A program made the position numbers and the translations under genes. A stretch of 64,000 nucleotides of DNA, from the NCBI GenBank assembly GCA_964019335.1, contig OZ025653.1, positions 744,001 through 808,000 on the forward strand, written 5' to 3'. Source of the DNA: Diplonema japonicum. Taxonomy: Eukaryota; Protista; Euglenozoa: Diplonemea. The notes under the pieces were generated by a model. That model did not search any database. It was given only the letters and a program-made list of their open reading frames with translations, and was not told the origin of the DNA. Positions 30,901-43,921 of the stretch are shown piece by piece. Position 1 is the first letter of the stretch. Each line of letters starts with the position of its first letter.

Positions 30901-33900
30901 TCATATCTTGAAGGGTTTCTTTTTGGTTGGTTTCCTGTATCTTGCAGAACGTTTCGGGCGCTCTGCGACAGGCGCTGTATGAGATGTTTGACTAGAAGCT
31001 GTGGAAGAGTCCGTGGCCGTGTCTGAGTCCGTGTCGGTTTCGGAGGAATTCGATGAAGAAGAAGAGGAAGAATAAGAAGGAGAGCGCCGCCTGCTGCGTC
31101 TTCTGCGAGGAACGCGGTGTTCGTTGCTCAGCTGCTGTAACTGTAGAAGCAAGTCGTGTACAGCAAGGGAGTTGTCAGGCGTACTTGCACCTGGCGACTG
31201 AGAGGCATAATGGGCCTCATCATTCGCGTAACTAGACCGCTCCAGTTCACCTTGGATGAACCGCTTCAGATCCCTTGAAGACATGTCACTTCCGTTGTGT
31301 TCCATGAAGCTCTTCAAGACATCAGCAGGGTCGGTCAGCGGCTGCACAGCTTTCGGCATTTCCACTGGAGCAGAGGTTACCACACTCTGAACAGTTTCCT
31401 GAGGCGGCACAGGTGACGACCTTGCTGATGGTATCTCGTTGAGCTGCATCTGTAGCACCTCTTGCTGTTGTTCCAATTTTTTCTGCTGAAGCGACAGCTT
31501 CTCCTGTTGTACCATTACCTGGCTGTTCATCACTTTTTGTTCCTTTACCAGTTCCTGCTCTCTGCTTCTGAGAAACGCCTCTCTTTTTTCAAGCTCTTTC
31601 CTTTCCTGTCCTACATGGCTCATGTTTACTTCCAACCCAAGTAATTGCTCTTCCCTCTTCCGTACCACCTCTTCCCTTTGTTTCAAGTTTTCAAGCATTT
31701 CGCCTACTTCTTCCTCCACAGCTTCCGCACGCACCTCACTGTCGGTCGACGCTGTTAGAGCACTGTCGTTCTTCAGCTTAAGGTTGATATTGACTGCAGT
31801 GATAGGTGTGCTTACTTTTGTAAAGGCGCCAGGCGACATCTGCCTGCCATCTGGATAGTCTATGTTTAAAACATGATCAGGTATTGCATTGGCAGGAGTC
31901 TGGTGAGCATCCAGCATGTGTGCCAGGTCATCACTCGACTTGCGGCTCGGTGAGTCGAGCACATCATCCCACATCATGTCGTCTTTCCCTATGAAATGCG
32001 ACTCCCTGCCCTGAGGGCTCAGATCCTCTGATTCCACAATGCCTTGCCATGACTCGTGCACCTTGCTCCTGGGTGACTTTGAGTGCGATCTCCCGAAGAC
32101 AACTTCAAACGAACCTCGATGCTGGGATTGCGCAGGGGCCTGTAATGTGTGTTCAAGTTGTATATTGCATACCTGTGGCGAGGTGCGTTCTACACGGGGT
32201 GAGCGCTCTCTCGACCTCGACAGGGGTTGCGGCTGTGTTAGGTGCGTGTGTAAGAGAGGGCATACATGTGGCTCGCTAGCAGTGCGCGCTTGTGGCGACT
32301 GTTTTTGCCCTGCACGCATGCTTCGTTCACTTCTTGCACTCACTGTATTCCTGCCCATCACTGAGTCCTGCCATTCGCTCAACGGAGTGACATCACGCCT
32401 AGCGTCTGACGTTGCACTGTAAGCCATCGACACACGGTCGCGAGGTGCATCAGACTGTGGACTGGAACGACGTGCTGATGTTCTTTTCTTTGTTACTATT
32501 TCAAAAACATCATGCGCTTGGCGTTCTCTGGGTTCCTGTCGTGCCTGGGGTTCAGAACTGCTGTGTGTAACAGCAACATCAACCGGTGTTTGCACTACAC
32601 GTGAAGAATGCTGCTCCTTCATGGGCGGCACTTGCTGTGGCGCTTCCTCTGGTCTCTGCGACGGTGTCATGCGTGCGACAGGGTGCTCCACCGGCTGGTC
32701 TTGCTTTCTGAAAACAGGAACCCCAGGCTTTCTCCCTTCTTTTGTGTACTTAGCTTTTCCTCGGGGCTGTGAACTGGGCTCCGGCGTCGTTGCCTTAGTT
32801 TTTTTTGTGCCCTTTTTTGACGGGACTGCGTTATCATGCTCTTGAGTTTGACTCAGATTCTTGTCCACAAGATTTTGGTTTTGATCTTGTTTTCGTTTTC
32901 GCTTGGGTCCCTGTTCTTCTTCGTCTCGCCGCCTTGGTGTCCTTTGGTTGCTGATAGTTTTCCGGGCTTCTTGTAATTTTAGTTCAAGTGCCTGAACAGC
33001 AACAGTGCTTTCAGTGAAAGCATTCTGCAACATGTCCTCGAGTCTTGCCTTTTCGCGCCTCTCCGTTTCAAGTTCTGTCAGGACAGACTCAAGATGGGTC
33101 CGCTTGTTGCTGCCAGCATCGCTTGACACATCCGTGGCGACACCACTTTTTGCCTCAAGGGTTTCATTCCTTGCGCGCAGCTCGCCAACCTCTTTCCGTA
33201 ATGCATCGAGTTCATGGAGGGTTGTTGCTGTCTCACGGCGCCTGTCCGCCATCTGCCGCAAGATAGAGCTGCACTCCTGCCACCAGGCGTCACGTGAAGA
33301 CTCGAGCGCCGCTATCCTCTGCCGCGCTTCTTCACAAGTTGTCTCTGCGATCTCCTTCGTGCACTCTAAATCATAATTCTCCGTTTCAAGCTCGGCAATC
33401 CTCTGCTTCAGCACAGACTCGCGTGCTTCATGTCCCGCCCGCAGCGCCTCCATGTCCAACGCTACCTCCTCGTACACAGTGCCCTGTACCTCCTGTCGCT
33501 TGAGCTCTTCTTCCAGCAGCTGTATTTTGGTTTCGTACCGCTCGTTGTCGCTGCCTTCCGGTTTCGTTTGACACAAATACGTGACCTCCTCTTGGAGGTT
33601 GTTGCACTGCGCCTCAAGTGCCGCGATGGTCTCTGCGTGTAGTTTCTTCTGCCTTTTTTCATTCTCCGCCGACACTATCAGGTGACGCGACACTTGCACA
33701 CATCGTGTCTTCCACTCGACGATCTGCTGCAGCATCAGGTCAGCACGACCTATGCACTCCTCGAACGACAACGCCTCTGCTTCGTGGTGTTCTAAACCTC
33801 CCTGTGTGCGTGTGTGTGTAGTGTCTAGGTCATACCTCAATGGCAACGGCGGTGCGTTTGTGCGCATAGGGTGGCTCGGGGGTGGCGGGTGCACGGACTG

Positions 33901-35003
33901 ACTTAGGAGCGTACATTGGGATCACTTCGTGCTCTTTGCGTGCCTTCTCTGCACGCGCCACTGTGGTTTAGATTGTTTTACAAACACCGCGCCATACCCA
34001 TCTCAGCAAGTCGGTCCTTTGCTGCTTGCAACTCTACCACCAGTTTGATTTTTACACTGGCTTCTTGGTCTTTCTGTTTTTCCAATTCTGCTATGCGTGC
34101 CACGAGAGCATCATGAGTTGGTTGCCCATGTTGCTGGGGTGCAGCATCGACAATAATGGCCTTAGCACGCACTAAAGAAGGTGGTGCAGGAGCGGGAACA
34201 GGAACAGGAACAGGAAGGGGAAGGGATGCCGACACAGGTGTGAGTGTCGGGGTTTTAGGCAGTCCAGCATAGCTCTTGTGATTGATAGTAGTAGTGGCGT
34301 GAAGAGTAGTTTCAAGTTGTTTCACTCTATTTTGCAGTGCTTGCACCTCTGGGTGGCCAAACACCATCTCATCTGCTTGCTCGTTCCCACGCTCCAGCGC
34401 AGCTCTCAGACCGATGATCTCATGCTCCATCCGGGTAGTCTCCACCTGCCTGGCGGAGACTTCGTCATCTTTCTTTTCGAGGTTGCTCTCCGTTAGCGAC
34501 AGCTTCATCTCGAGCTCCTCATTCCTCTTCACTGTGGTGACAAGCTCTGCTGCTAGCTGGTGGCACTTGTTGCCAAGTCTCTCCCGCTGCGTACGCTCCG
34601 CCTCGAGGGTGGCGTCGAACGCTGTCCGCTCACGCTCTTGCATTTCCTGTTTATTAGCTTCAGCGAGTTGTCTCATCAGCTTTGTGAGCTGCTCCTGTCT
34701 GTCTTCATACTGCCGTGCACGGAGGGTCGCTTCTGACTTTTGCTTCTCACTGGTTGTGTATACTTGGTTCATGATACCCACCAAGTCCCCGAGGTCATCA
34801 CCAGAGAGGGAGGGTGGTGGCAGCACCGCCTCGTCCTTCCCTATACCCTCATGGAACTTCACTGTTGCAGGCACGGTGCCGAGAGCACTGCCACTCCTTC
34901 TGTTCCTGAACACCGGGGAGAGGGACCCACCACCGTTAAAGACAGGCAGGGACGGGACAGGTAGATCATCTGTCTTGCTCGGGCGCTTCCCGTACCCATG
35001 CAT
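30901..35003 (-). CDS. Very large coiled-coil/low-complexity protein (multi-exon)
   Basis: ORFs 33978-35003 and 30901-33894 join in frame via two GT-AG introns (...AEM|VARAEK...VAIE|GGLEHH). Confidence 0.7.
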
Positions 35004-35179
35004 CCTGCGGTGTGTACAATTAGTGGCACGGTACGGAGTAATAATAAATTAAGAAATCTATATCTGAAAAAAAAAAGGAGGAAAAAAAAAGAAAAGAAAA
35101 AAGGAGACTGTAAAAAAAAGGAGAAAAAATATTTAAAAAAAGAAAACAAACAACACATCTAAGGCATTCACCCACGAAG

Positions 35180-35394
35180 CTACTTCTTCGAGTGCCAGGA
35201 CGTTATTCTGCTGCATGAAGGACAGAACCCAGTAATCACAGTACGGGAACACAGCGTCTGCCTGGAGGTCACCACTCTGACATCAGGCTCTTCTATGCCT
35301 CGGTGCTCCTGTGGAATGTAATGCAGTACGATACGCGGCATACCTTCCGCCCGCACTCCCGGCAGGTTAAAGTGGAGGTTTCCTCTTCAGCCAT
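35180..35394 (-). CDS. Small putative zinc-ribbon protein (CxxC...CxxC), 2 exons
   Basis: MAEEETSTLTCRECGRK|EHRGIEE...GFCPSCSRITSWHSKK after removing a GTATG...CACAG intron. Confidence 0.45.
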
Positions 35395-36659
35395 TTTTTT
35401 TTTCTTCTTCCCCCCTCTTCTTTTCTTCTTTTGCTTATGGACGGGTTTGAGGAAGAAGAAAAAAAAAAAAAAAAAAGCAAACAAAAAAAAGAGAAAATAA
35501 AAAAGTTTTTTTTTTTTTAAAAAAAAAGGATAGTCTGGCTGTTCGATCTTTTAAGAGGAATAAAGACACTAAAACAACACCACAGTGCAAAGGGGACCTC
35601 TATCCTCATTGGCTCTTCTCGATTTGTTCCTGTCCCGCGAATGCCGCTCTTAGCGGTCACTGTGGTTGAGGGCGGGGATTAGATGCTTCGTTATTGTCCG
35701 TGGGATCGGGTCGAGGGGATGGTGGCGGTGGTGGTGGTAGCTGTCGGGCAGATAGAGGTTGTGGGTGCTCATTTACTTCCGAAGGCAGCGATTTGGCTTC
35801 GTTTTCAATACTAACTTTCTTCTCAATTATTGGTTTTGGTTCTATATCTTTCTCATTCTTCTCCATCACCTCTGCTTTCCTTCCGTCATTTTGCTCAGTT
35901 GGCTGATCAGCATGAACTATAGGCCTCGCAGGTGCAAATTTCCTTTTTTATTTTTATTTTTTATTTTCACAGCTTTTTCTATCAATTAAAGTAAAAATTC
36001 GTATTACAGAAAATTGTGGTCTTCTGGCCTTCAACGTACAGGAAATTGTCGGTTGCATACACTGGCCTTCCAAACACCGGTGCAAAATGCAAACCACTTA
36101 AATTGTCTTTTTTGCTTGCAAACATTTTGGGTACTAACTGAATTTTCGAGTTTTTAAAGGGGTAATAAGTGGATTTCAGTATTTTGTGTTGGGTAGATCT
36201 TAGTGGTGCCATGCAGTAGGAAGAAAAAAAAGGGGGGGGGGGAAACAAAAAAAAGACATGCATACTTTTGTCGCATCGTCCTTCTGATGCCAATAATCAC
36301 AAAAAACATTAAAATCAACGCCAGCACAGCCCCCTGCAAATGTCTTCTCCGTTTCTGTTTGTATTTTTTTTCCTCCTCTCTCTCCCCCCCCCCCCCCCCC
36401 TCTTTTTTTACAACAACCACACCACTGTGTGTTCCTCAGCCGCCGCTGCGGACGCTGCTTTGCACATTGCTACCGCTTCTTCAAAATTTTGCTTCACATC
36501 CGGTGCTGCTGGAGCATTCATAACCTGAGGTGTCTGCTGTGCCACTGCGACATACCCTTGGTGACGACATGCCTGCCTATCGTCGGGTTTGTGTATATAT
36601 ATCAATGCCTGTGGTAGAGGGTTACAACACAAGATGACTGCCAATAAACGAGTTACTAC

Positions 36660-39310
36660 CCATCTAAGCCCCTTGGCTCCTTCCCCGTCCCCTACCCCGT
36701 CCCCTGCCGCGTGGTTGCTGTTGTGTGTTGGTGTCAGCATATTCGGATACCTGAGGTGTGGTCTTGTGAGCAGCCTTTGCAAAGGGGTTGGATGGCGCAA
36801 CTGCAGCGGCAGTACCTGCACCTCCCCACTGCGTGCCCCAGGTTTGTGATTTCTTCGTGAAGACCAACCCCTTTGATGCTGGGGCAGATTGTTTCACTGC
36901 GGTCGTTGTTTTCGGTGCAACAACAGACGGTGCCGCTGCTTTAGGCTCGGTGTTGGTCTTTATGGAAGCACTTTTAACTACACTTGACACCGGAGGTCTG
37001 ATGGGTTGGGCAGTTTCAGCAGTGACAGCCTTTACAGAAGACTCCTTCGGTTGTATTTTAGGTACTGCTGCCTTCGGGGCAGTTGTTTTCGGGGCTGCAC
37101 TCTCCGGTGCTGATGTTTGAGATGCTGGCGCTTGAGGCGCTGATTTGGGTGTTGATATTTGAGGTGCTGTCTTCGCGGTAGAGGCCTGTTGCATGCTTAG
37201 GAGCTTGGCGCGTAAATGCTGCGTGTGTGTTGATAGTTGTTTTGAATGAACATACTGCAAGTTCTGCTTCTGCGGTGTAAGGTGGGGGCGGGATGGGCCC
37301 TTTAGAGCCGACGTCTTTTGACGGCTGTTTGGGTTCTGCCTTCTTTGTAACAGGTAAGGTAATCTCTTTTTTGAGCTGCTGTGCAGGAGCAGGCTGCTTA
37401 GCCGATGTGAGAGATGGTTGGCCTTTCACAGCAGCCTTGATTACTGCTTTAAATTGAGTGGCTGCTTTGGAAGCAGCTGCTTTAGGTTTGGCAGGTGTCG
37501 ATACTTTGACTGCTGTTTTGGGAGGGGCCACGGCTGTCTTAGGTTGGGCAACTGCTTGAGGAACGGACTTCGGTTGGGTGACAGTTTTGGGTGCGGTGGT
37601 CGTAGGTGCTGACCGCACTACCGCTTTAGGTTGGAGGGCGGCACTCTTCTGCGGTGTTGTCTTTGGCTGTGCGACAGTTGCTTTCGGTTGCACGGCCTTA
37701 GGCTGAGCAACTGCCTTAGGTTGCGAGACAGCTCCTTTGGGTTGCACAACTGTCTTAGCGGCTGTCTTCCCCGCGGGTTTAGGTTGGGCAGCTTTCGGCT
37801 GTGTGGCCTTGGGGACTGTCTTTGCAGAAGCTTGACCTTTTGGTGCTTGTGTTTTCGACTGATCCGAACCCCAAGACATTCGTGCACTTGCACTCGGTGC
37901 AGAAGGTTGAACCTTGGGCTGAACCTTAGGCTTCGGCTTAGGCACAGGTGGAGGCGTTGCAGCTGCGGTGACAACAACAGCAGCAAGTATCGCGGACAGT
38001 TTGCTTATGACGAGCTTCTTCCTTCTCCTCTCTGCGATAGGCTTGTGCATGTCCGTTAGAAACCTTTCCATAGCAACAAGCGACGCGGAGTGCTGGCTCC
38101 CAGTGAGGTGCCCCTCTTGCGATAAGGCTTCAACAACCCACTCCCAGCCGCGCAGTTCTCTCTGTCGCTTGCAGGGTGATTTTGAAGGTGGCTTTTTCCC
38201 GTTGCTCGGCTTAAGCGTAGGCTCCGTTCGCCTGCGTTTGAATAGTGTGCACTCAGCCATCACGTCGACGGACTCTGCTCGTGACGCACTGTCATCGGGC
38301 ACTGCAAAGAACATTGTGTGCAGCGGCAGCCTGTAGGACTGTATCCTGTTGAACGGGCAGTACAGCATGTGCGACTCTACCGGGTGGAAGAGACCGCTGG
38401 TGGATCCGTTCTTTTTATCTTTCTGGAGGATGTTCAGTGGCAGCGTTGCCATGCACATGTCGCAGTGCAGCACCTCCTGCGTGTTCAAGGTGGTGGGCTG
38501 TTTCCTGTAAAGCAGCAAGGACAGTGCTTTGTACGTCGACAAGGACCAGCCAGAGATCACAAGAGCAAAGGCGATACCCTTCACAGCAGCAGGGTTCCAC
38601 GGGTCGGAGTCGAAGCGCTTGTACAACTTCGTCACTAGCTGATCTTTACTAGACAGCACTGCGCTGTAGGCAGGGTCTAAGAGGATCTCATTCAGGCTAG
38701 CAAGTGCCTCGCAGGCATCATCATAGCGCTGCTTGAGGGTGCCGTAACTAATGCTGTGGGCATCAAAGCGTGTGAAGCCGTGGTCGGGACACTTGGAAGT
38801 GCGGTATGGACACCAGCCTTCGTGCGACGTCTGTAGCAGCACCGCCCAGTGCTCTAGCTCCTTTTCTTCAAACGAGGTGGGTGCTTTTTGCGTAGCACCG
38901 CAGTGCTCGCACGCCAGCGCCTCTGCTCCCTTCAGCCGCCACCCGTGTTGCGCACACACGAGCGGGCTGCACTGCTCTGTCCACAACGGGCCGCACCAGC
39001 ACCACGTGTTTAGGGCAAAGCCAGCCAATCGCCTCTTAAACTGTGCGTGGCTGCTGGGGTTGTGCAGCTGCATTGCAGGTGTGTACGCCAACATTTTCTC
39101 TTGGTTCCTTAATACGCTGAACCACTTCAGCACAACGTTCTGGAACTTGCTCTCGACCTGCTTGCCTCGCTCTGCAGCATTCTTGGGTGGTGCAGCTATG
39201 GACCAGTCTAACCTGATCTTTTTCGCCCCTTCCAGTTCCCCTTCTCCCTTTCCTTCCTCTTCCTGTTTCCGCTTCTCCCCCACAAGCACTGATGGGGCCT
39301 GTCCCGACAT
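36660..39310 (-). CDS. ZC3HC1/NIPA (Rsm1/Pml39-like) C3HC zinc-finger protein with a long Ala/Lys/Pro/Gln-rich tail; 3' end uncertain
   Basis: RRLAGF...SPLVCAQHGW...CEHC...HEGWCPY (zf-C3HC) and a second module SGW...CDMC...FHPVESHMLYCPF. Confidence 0.8.
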
Positions 39311-39380
39311 TTTTTTACCACCCTCCTGTTAAGCATATTGCACAAGGATGCAGCTGTGGGAATACACACTATGACGGTGT

Positions 39381-40088
39381 TTAAGACTTCGACTTCTTTG
39401 GTGGTGGAGGTGGGGGTGTCTCATCGGGGATGTCAGGGAGGGGTTGCTTGGCGGCAGCTGTTGCGGCGTCCGTGGCAGTGGCAGTGGCAGTGGCGGCCCA
39501 TTGGGAGTACATGTAGAGTTGCTGCTGGAGGTCTTGGTTTTGCTGTTTGATGACCGCAAGTTCCGATTTGAGTTCGGCTGCTGTGGGTGAGGAGGGGCGG
39601 TCCCCGTCAGGCTCCGCAGAGCGTCGCCGTTTGTTGCGAGGCCGGGCACGGCTTTTGGCACCTTCGCCGATGATACCGGAGAGTGTTAAGGAGAGGGAGG
39701 CTTTGGCTTCTTCAGGGATCTCTTTTTCAATAATGCTGTATATCTCTGCAGCAACGACTTTCGGGTCTGCCAGGCAGCCTGCATCTGCACGCTTTGTGAG
39801 CACCTTGTCTGCAAGTTGCTCTATCTTGCTCCTCCACATCCCGTCCTTCCCAATGCCCTGTGTCACTGCGTCGCATAGCTCCCGTTTGCACCCCTCTGAG
39901 AGCTCCCCCAAGGCTTCTCCCACACTAGGCCCTGTCTCGGCAGTGTTCGATGTCTTCTTCACGTCCTCACCATACCCCTTCATCGCAAGGCTTCTGCATT
40001 CCCCGTACTCCTCATCTGTTAGAAATGTACCGTTTTGGTACATCATAGATAGCTGCGCCAGCCTGTCGTTCAGGACCGCCTCTGCCAT
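39381..40088 (-). CDS. Hypothetical protein (SHOCT-like N-terminus, coiled coil)
   Basis: RLAQLSMMYQNGTFLTDEEY motif; ORF on the gene strand. Confidence 0.6.
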   Translation of the reverse strand: MAEAVLNDRLAQLSMMYQNGTFLTDEEYGECRSLAMKGYGEDVKKTSNTAETGPSVGEALGELSEGCKRELCDAVTQGIGKDGMWRSKIEQLADKVLTKRADAGCLADPKVVAAEIYSIIEKEIPEEAKASLSLTLSGIIGEGAKSRARPRNKRRRSAEPDGDRPSSPTAAELKSELAVIKQQNQDLQQQLYMYSQWAATATATATDAATAAAKQPLPDIPDETPPPPPPKKSKS

Positions 40089-41034
40089 GCTTGAATAAGT
40101 CCTGTGAAGGTATGCACGCCGTGTAGCAGGTTTGATATTGTTTACGTAGTTACGTAGCAATGGAATTATTTTCTCTTTCTTTTATTCCTTAAAGACAGAA
40201 AGAAACAGGAGAAGTGACTCCCTACGACACAAGGAAGGGGAGGGAAGAGGGTGAGGAGGGGGCCAAGAATCGGTGTACCTCCACTATGAAACAAATAACT
40301 TTTTTTAAGCTCTTGTTCCCCCCACTCGTCCTTCCACACGGTAGAGATGCATTGCAAAGGTGCTTTACCTAAAAGAACAACAGTCGGAGAAGCCAGCCAC
40401 ACCACAAAAGTTTACAAAAAAAAAAAACCCCATTCCCTAGAAACTCCCTTCTTCTTCTTTTTTTTTTTCGCTTCTTCTTTATGTTGCGCCCCTATTCCTT
40501 GCAATGGGTTCTGCGTTCTCGTTTTCTTTTTCTCTTTTTTTTTTTTCAAATCATTTTTTTTATAGCTTAGCCAAAGTGTCCTCTTTTGTATTCTCTTTTT
40601 TTTGAACACGAAAAGTGGAACGAAAAGAAATAGAAATCGCTAGCTAAAAAAGTACGATAACTAAGGGGGAGGGGATTGGCTTAGCTTTCGTGCACGCGGG
40701 ATGATACGATTTGGGAGGAGGGGAATAAAGTAAAAGTGGGAGAAAAAGAAAGAAAAATATGGGGGTAAAAAAAAGAAAAAGGGGTAAAAAAGAAATACCA
40801 CGCGGAACCGCTTGTTGCGATGAGATGAAAGAAAAAATTGTGAGGGAGAAGAGGGGGGGGGGGGGGGGGGGGATCTTAATGGAGAAAGGGACAAAAAAAA
40901 AAAGAAGCACTGGGGCACTTAATGAAATGCCTAAGGTTACAATACAAAAAATAAAGACGAACGAGGACCTAATCATAAACTTTTTTTTTCTTCCCTTCTT
41001 CTTTCACTTTTTTTTTTAGCGAAAGAGGTTATTT

Positions 41035-42284
41035 TCACATGGCGGCAACCTTCCCAAAGCAAGCAGTACAGGCACGTTCCTGTGGGTTATTTTAGGAAGA
41101 AAAAGGGGGGAAACAAAGGACACACCTTGTTCGTGTACCCAAGATGCGGCATGGCGATACGGCTGTTGGTGCACTTATCGCAGAAGACGTCCCCACAGCA
41201 CCTGCAATGGTGCTTTCTGGTGAACATCCCGAACTTAGTGCTGCAGTTGGTGCAGGTTTTGACATCTTTATCGGTCTTCCACTCCTTCTCCGCCAACGTC
41301 CTTAATCGCAGGAGCTCAGCCTCCTTACCATCAACGTTGAACTTGGCCAGCTTCTTCCGTCCGTCATCCTCTTCCTTCTCAAGCGATTTGAGGTTTGCTT
41401 CCTGCTCTTTTTCCAACTCTGCACGTTCCTTCTTCTGCCTCTCCCGGTACTTTCCGAGGTCTGCCAGCTCCGCCAGCTCTTCCTTCTCTAGCTTGCTCCT
41501 CTCAGATGTTTCTGTATCTTCCATTTGCTTTCTCACCTTTGCCTCACCGTCCTTGTGTTTCCCTATCGCCGCAAGCTCCGCCAGTTCTTCCTTCTCCATC
41601 GCCTTCCTAGCGTTTGCTTCTTCGCCTGCGAGCTTCTTGGTGTTGGACTCGTGGTCCTTGTTCTGCTTCTTCCAAAAGTTCATGATCCCGTCCCAGCCGT
41701 CCTTCTCTTCTTTGTACATAGCCTTTCGCGCTTTGGCTTCTTCGTCCTCGGACCCCTTCCTCCCCTTCACCTCACCCTGGTAGAAGTTGACGATGGTTTT
41801 CCAACCCTCTGATTCTTCGGACTTATTGGCCTTCCTCGCCTTCTCCTCTGCATTGAACAGCGTGTCCCTCGCACGCTTCAAGTCAGCTTCCTGTGTGTTG
41901 CTTGCTTGCCTCAGTGTATTCATACCGTAGCGAAGTAGACCTGCGATGGCGATGCAGGGGAGCCAGGTTCGCTGATGTCGACGTCTTCCGCCGCCTCGTC
42001 TCGCTTTTTCAATTTGCAAACAAGTTCATCGAATTTCGACAAGACATCCTCGTCATTCTCTGTCACGAAAGTAGTCAATCTAGTGAGTAGTGTGGTGTGG
42101 TGTGGTGTGGTGTGGTGTGGTGTGGTGGTGTGCATACTCCGGATCAACATCTTTTGTGAGGTACTTTACGCACAAAGCTTCGTCCTCTTCAGAGGGCGCT
42201 GAGTCGAGCTGCATGCAGGTGTGGGTGTGTGTGCAGCAATACCTGTTCGATCAGCTTCTTAAACACGGGCTGGAGGTTGTCCAT
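41035..42284 (-). CDS. FYVE-domain coiled-coil protein (multi-exon)
   Basis: WKTD...CTNC...RKHHCRCCG.VFCDKC and, after an intron, RACTAC; upstream introns include a (CACAC)n tract at ~42090-42130. Confidence 0.85.
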
Positions 42285-42348
42285 TTGTTGTGTGTGTCTT
42301 TTTTGAGTTAATGCACTGGAAAGGTGCACAGTAAATAAACTGATTAAA

Positions 42349-42750
42349 TTAGGGGAGGTAAGCCCGCTTTAAGTTGGACTTTTCGGGGAATAGTTTTTTC
42401 TCATTTCCGCAGAGCCACCCACGAACAGGGGACTTGGCACCTGCGCCCTGTGCTGCGATCTTCTCGTGCATGCACATCGAGAAGTGCTCACCTTCCTTAG
42501 CGACACACCACACGCACCCGTCACCCGAGAAGCACTCGTCGATGTCCTTGCTAGGGTAGCAGGGGTCCTTGCACCGCGGGTCGTTGCACGGCTGGTCACA
42601 ACATGTCCCGTGCGAGCAGCACATCATGTGGTAGCAGCATTTTGTATCCTCATCACATTTCGCATTCAGTTTGCCGCAGACGCCCTCGGTGGTCAGGACA
42701 TCGCCCAGCACACTAAAGGTAAGTATTAGTATTGTCAACACGCTCAACAT
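42349..42750 (-). CDS. Small secreted cysteine-rich protein
   Basis: Signal peptide MLSVLTILILTFSVLG; many Cys including CC pairs and GCVWC. Confidence 0.7.
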   Translation of the reverse strand: MLSVLTILILTFSVLGDVLTTEGVCGKLNAKCDEDTKCCYHMMCCSHGTCCDQPCNDPRCKDPCYPSKDIDECFSGDGCVWCVAKEGEHFSMCMHEKIAAQGAGAKSPVRGWLCGNEKKLFPEKSNLKRAYLP

Positions 42751-42825
42751 TTTTATCCCTTTTGCTGTGGTAGCTCTGGGGGGGCGTATGCAGAACAAGT
42801 AAACACATATGAACAACACAGCACA

Positions 42826-43864
42826 CTAGAGATCGTCGTCGCCTGTTGACGTTACGTACATTACAATGCATACCTGCGGCGTGTGTGTCGTCCCAGTCAA
42901 CATTGGGCAAAGTGAAGGTGTTACCTTTCGGGATTTGGAGGATGTCGCTATTCTTCAGGAGCAGGCCCAATATGGACGTACACGCGGACTGTTCCTTTGT
43001 TGTCGAGCAGGGCAGCACCCAGCCTGGTGTGTCCTCTGTCCTCATTGAGAGCAAAACATGGCGTGCTTTAAGGTAAGGGTCAAGAAAAGACACGCACCAC
43101 CCACCTCCTTGGTTCACGGTCGTACGGATGAAGTAGTCACCGGGTGTCTTGAGCGCAAGAGAGTAGCACTTCCTGTCGTACTGGTGTTGGAAACATCCTT
43201 GCTTGAGCAGCAAGATGAGTGCCTTCGGTGCGTATGCAGCAGGGAACCACCACAAGCAAAAGAAAGCGTATTCGTAAACTGTGACAGTCCCGTCGTTCGA
43301 GTAGTCGACGCATGCCTTGACTGCCTCATGGACGCTGTCCCGGTCCACGGACTCTGCGAGGTACTTCAGAGTGTAGCTGTGGAAGAACTCGTCGTAAGGT
43401 ACCACCAACTTCCCCCCGAAGGCATCTTGCCACCATGACATGTACTGCTGTACTTTCTCGGGTTGCTTCGTCTTCGAGAGGATGGTGGTGAATATTGCAG
43501 AAATATCCTTCTCGCCCCGCTTCACGTGGCTCTCGACCACCACCTCTAGAAGGTCAAAGCACTTCCCTATCAGCACACGGCACTTCACCTGTCTTGACAC
43601 CATGTTCACATCGCCGCCTCGCACGTATGCAATGGCACCCTCACACGCTCTTCGTATCGCCACCACTGACTGCCGTATGGGTTCGAACTCCAACAGCTGT
43701 TTAAGCTTGCTGTTAAGCTTTTTAACTATCTTCTGCAATCGTTCATAAAACTCACGGGCCCCTTTCACCAAGTCACTATCATTGGGGTCCTCTTCTAGCA
43801 CTGCAATAAGCTGCTTCAGTCCGTCAAGTCCTTCCCCCCATTCTTTTGGCAGCCCCCCCTCCAT
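42826..43864 (-). CDS. Cbl TKB-like protein (helical bundle, EF-hand-like, SH2-like) lacking a RING
   Basis: AVKACVDYSNDGTVTVYEYAFF and PGDYFIRTTVNQGGGWCVSF resemble Cbl LKSTIDLTCNDYISVFEF and [20 protein letters not shown]; a terminal intron gives ...AGDDDL stop. Confidence 0.7.
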
Positions 43865-43921
43865 CTCCTGTGGTGATTCTGAAGCTATCGAACCTGTTTA
43901 AGTAGACAGGTGACTGATGAC

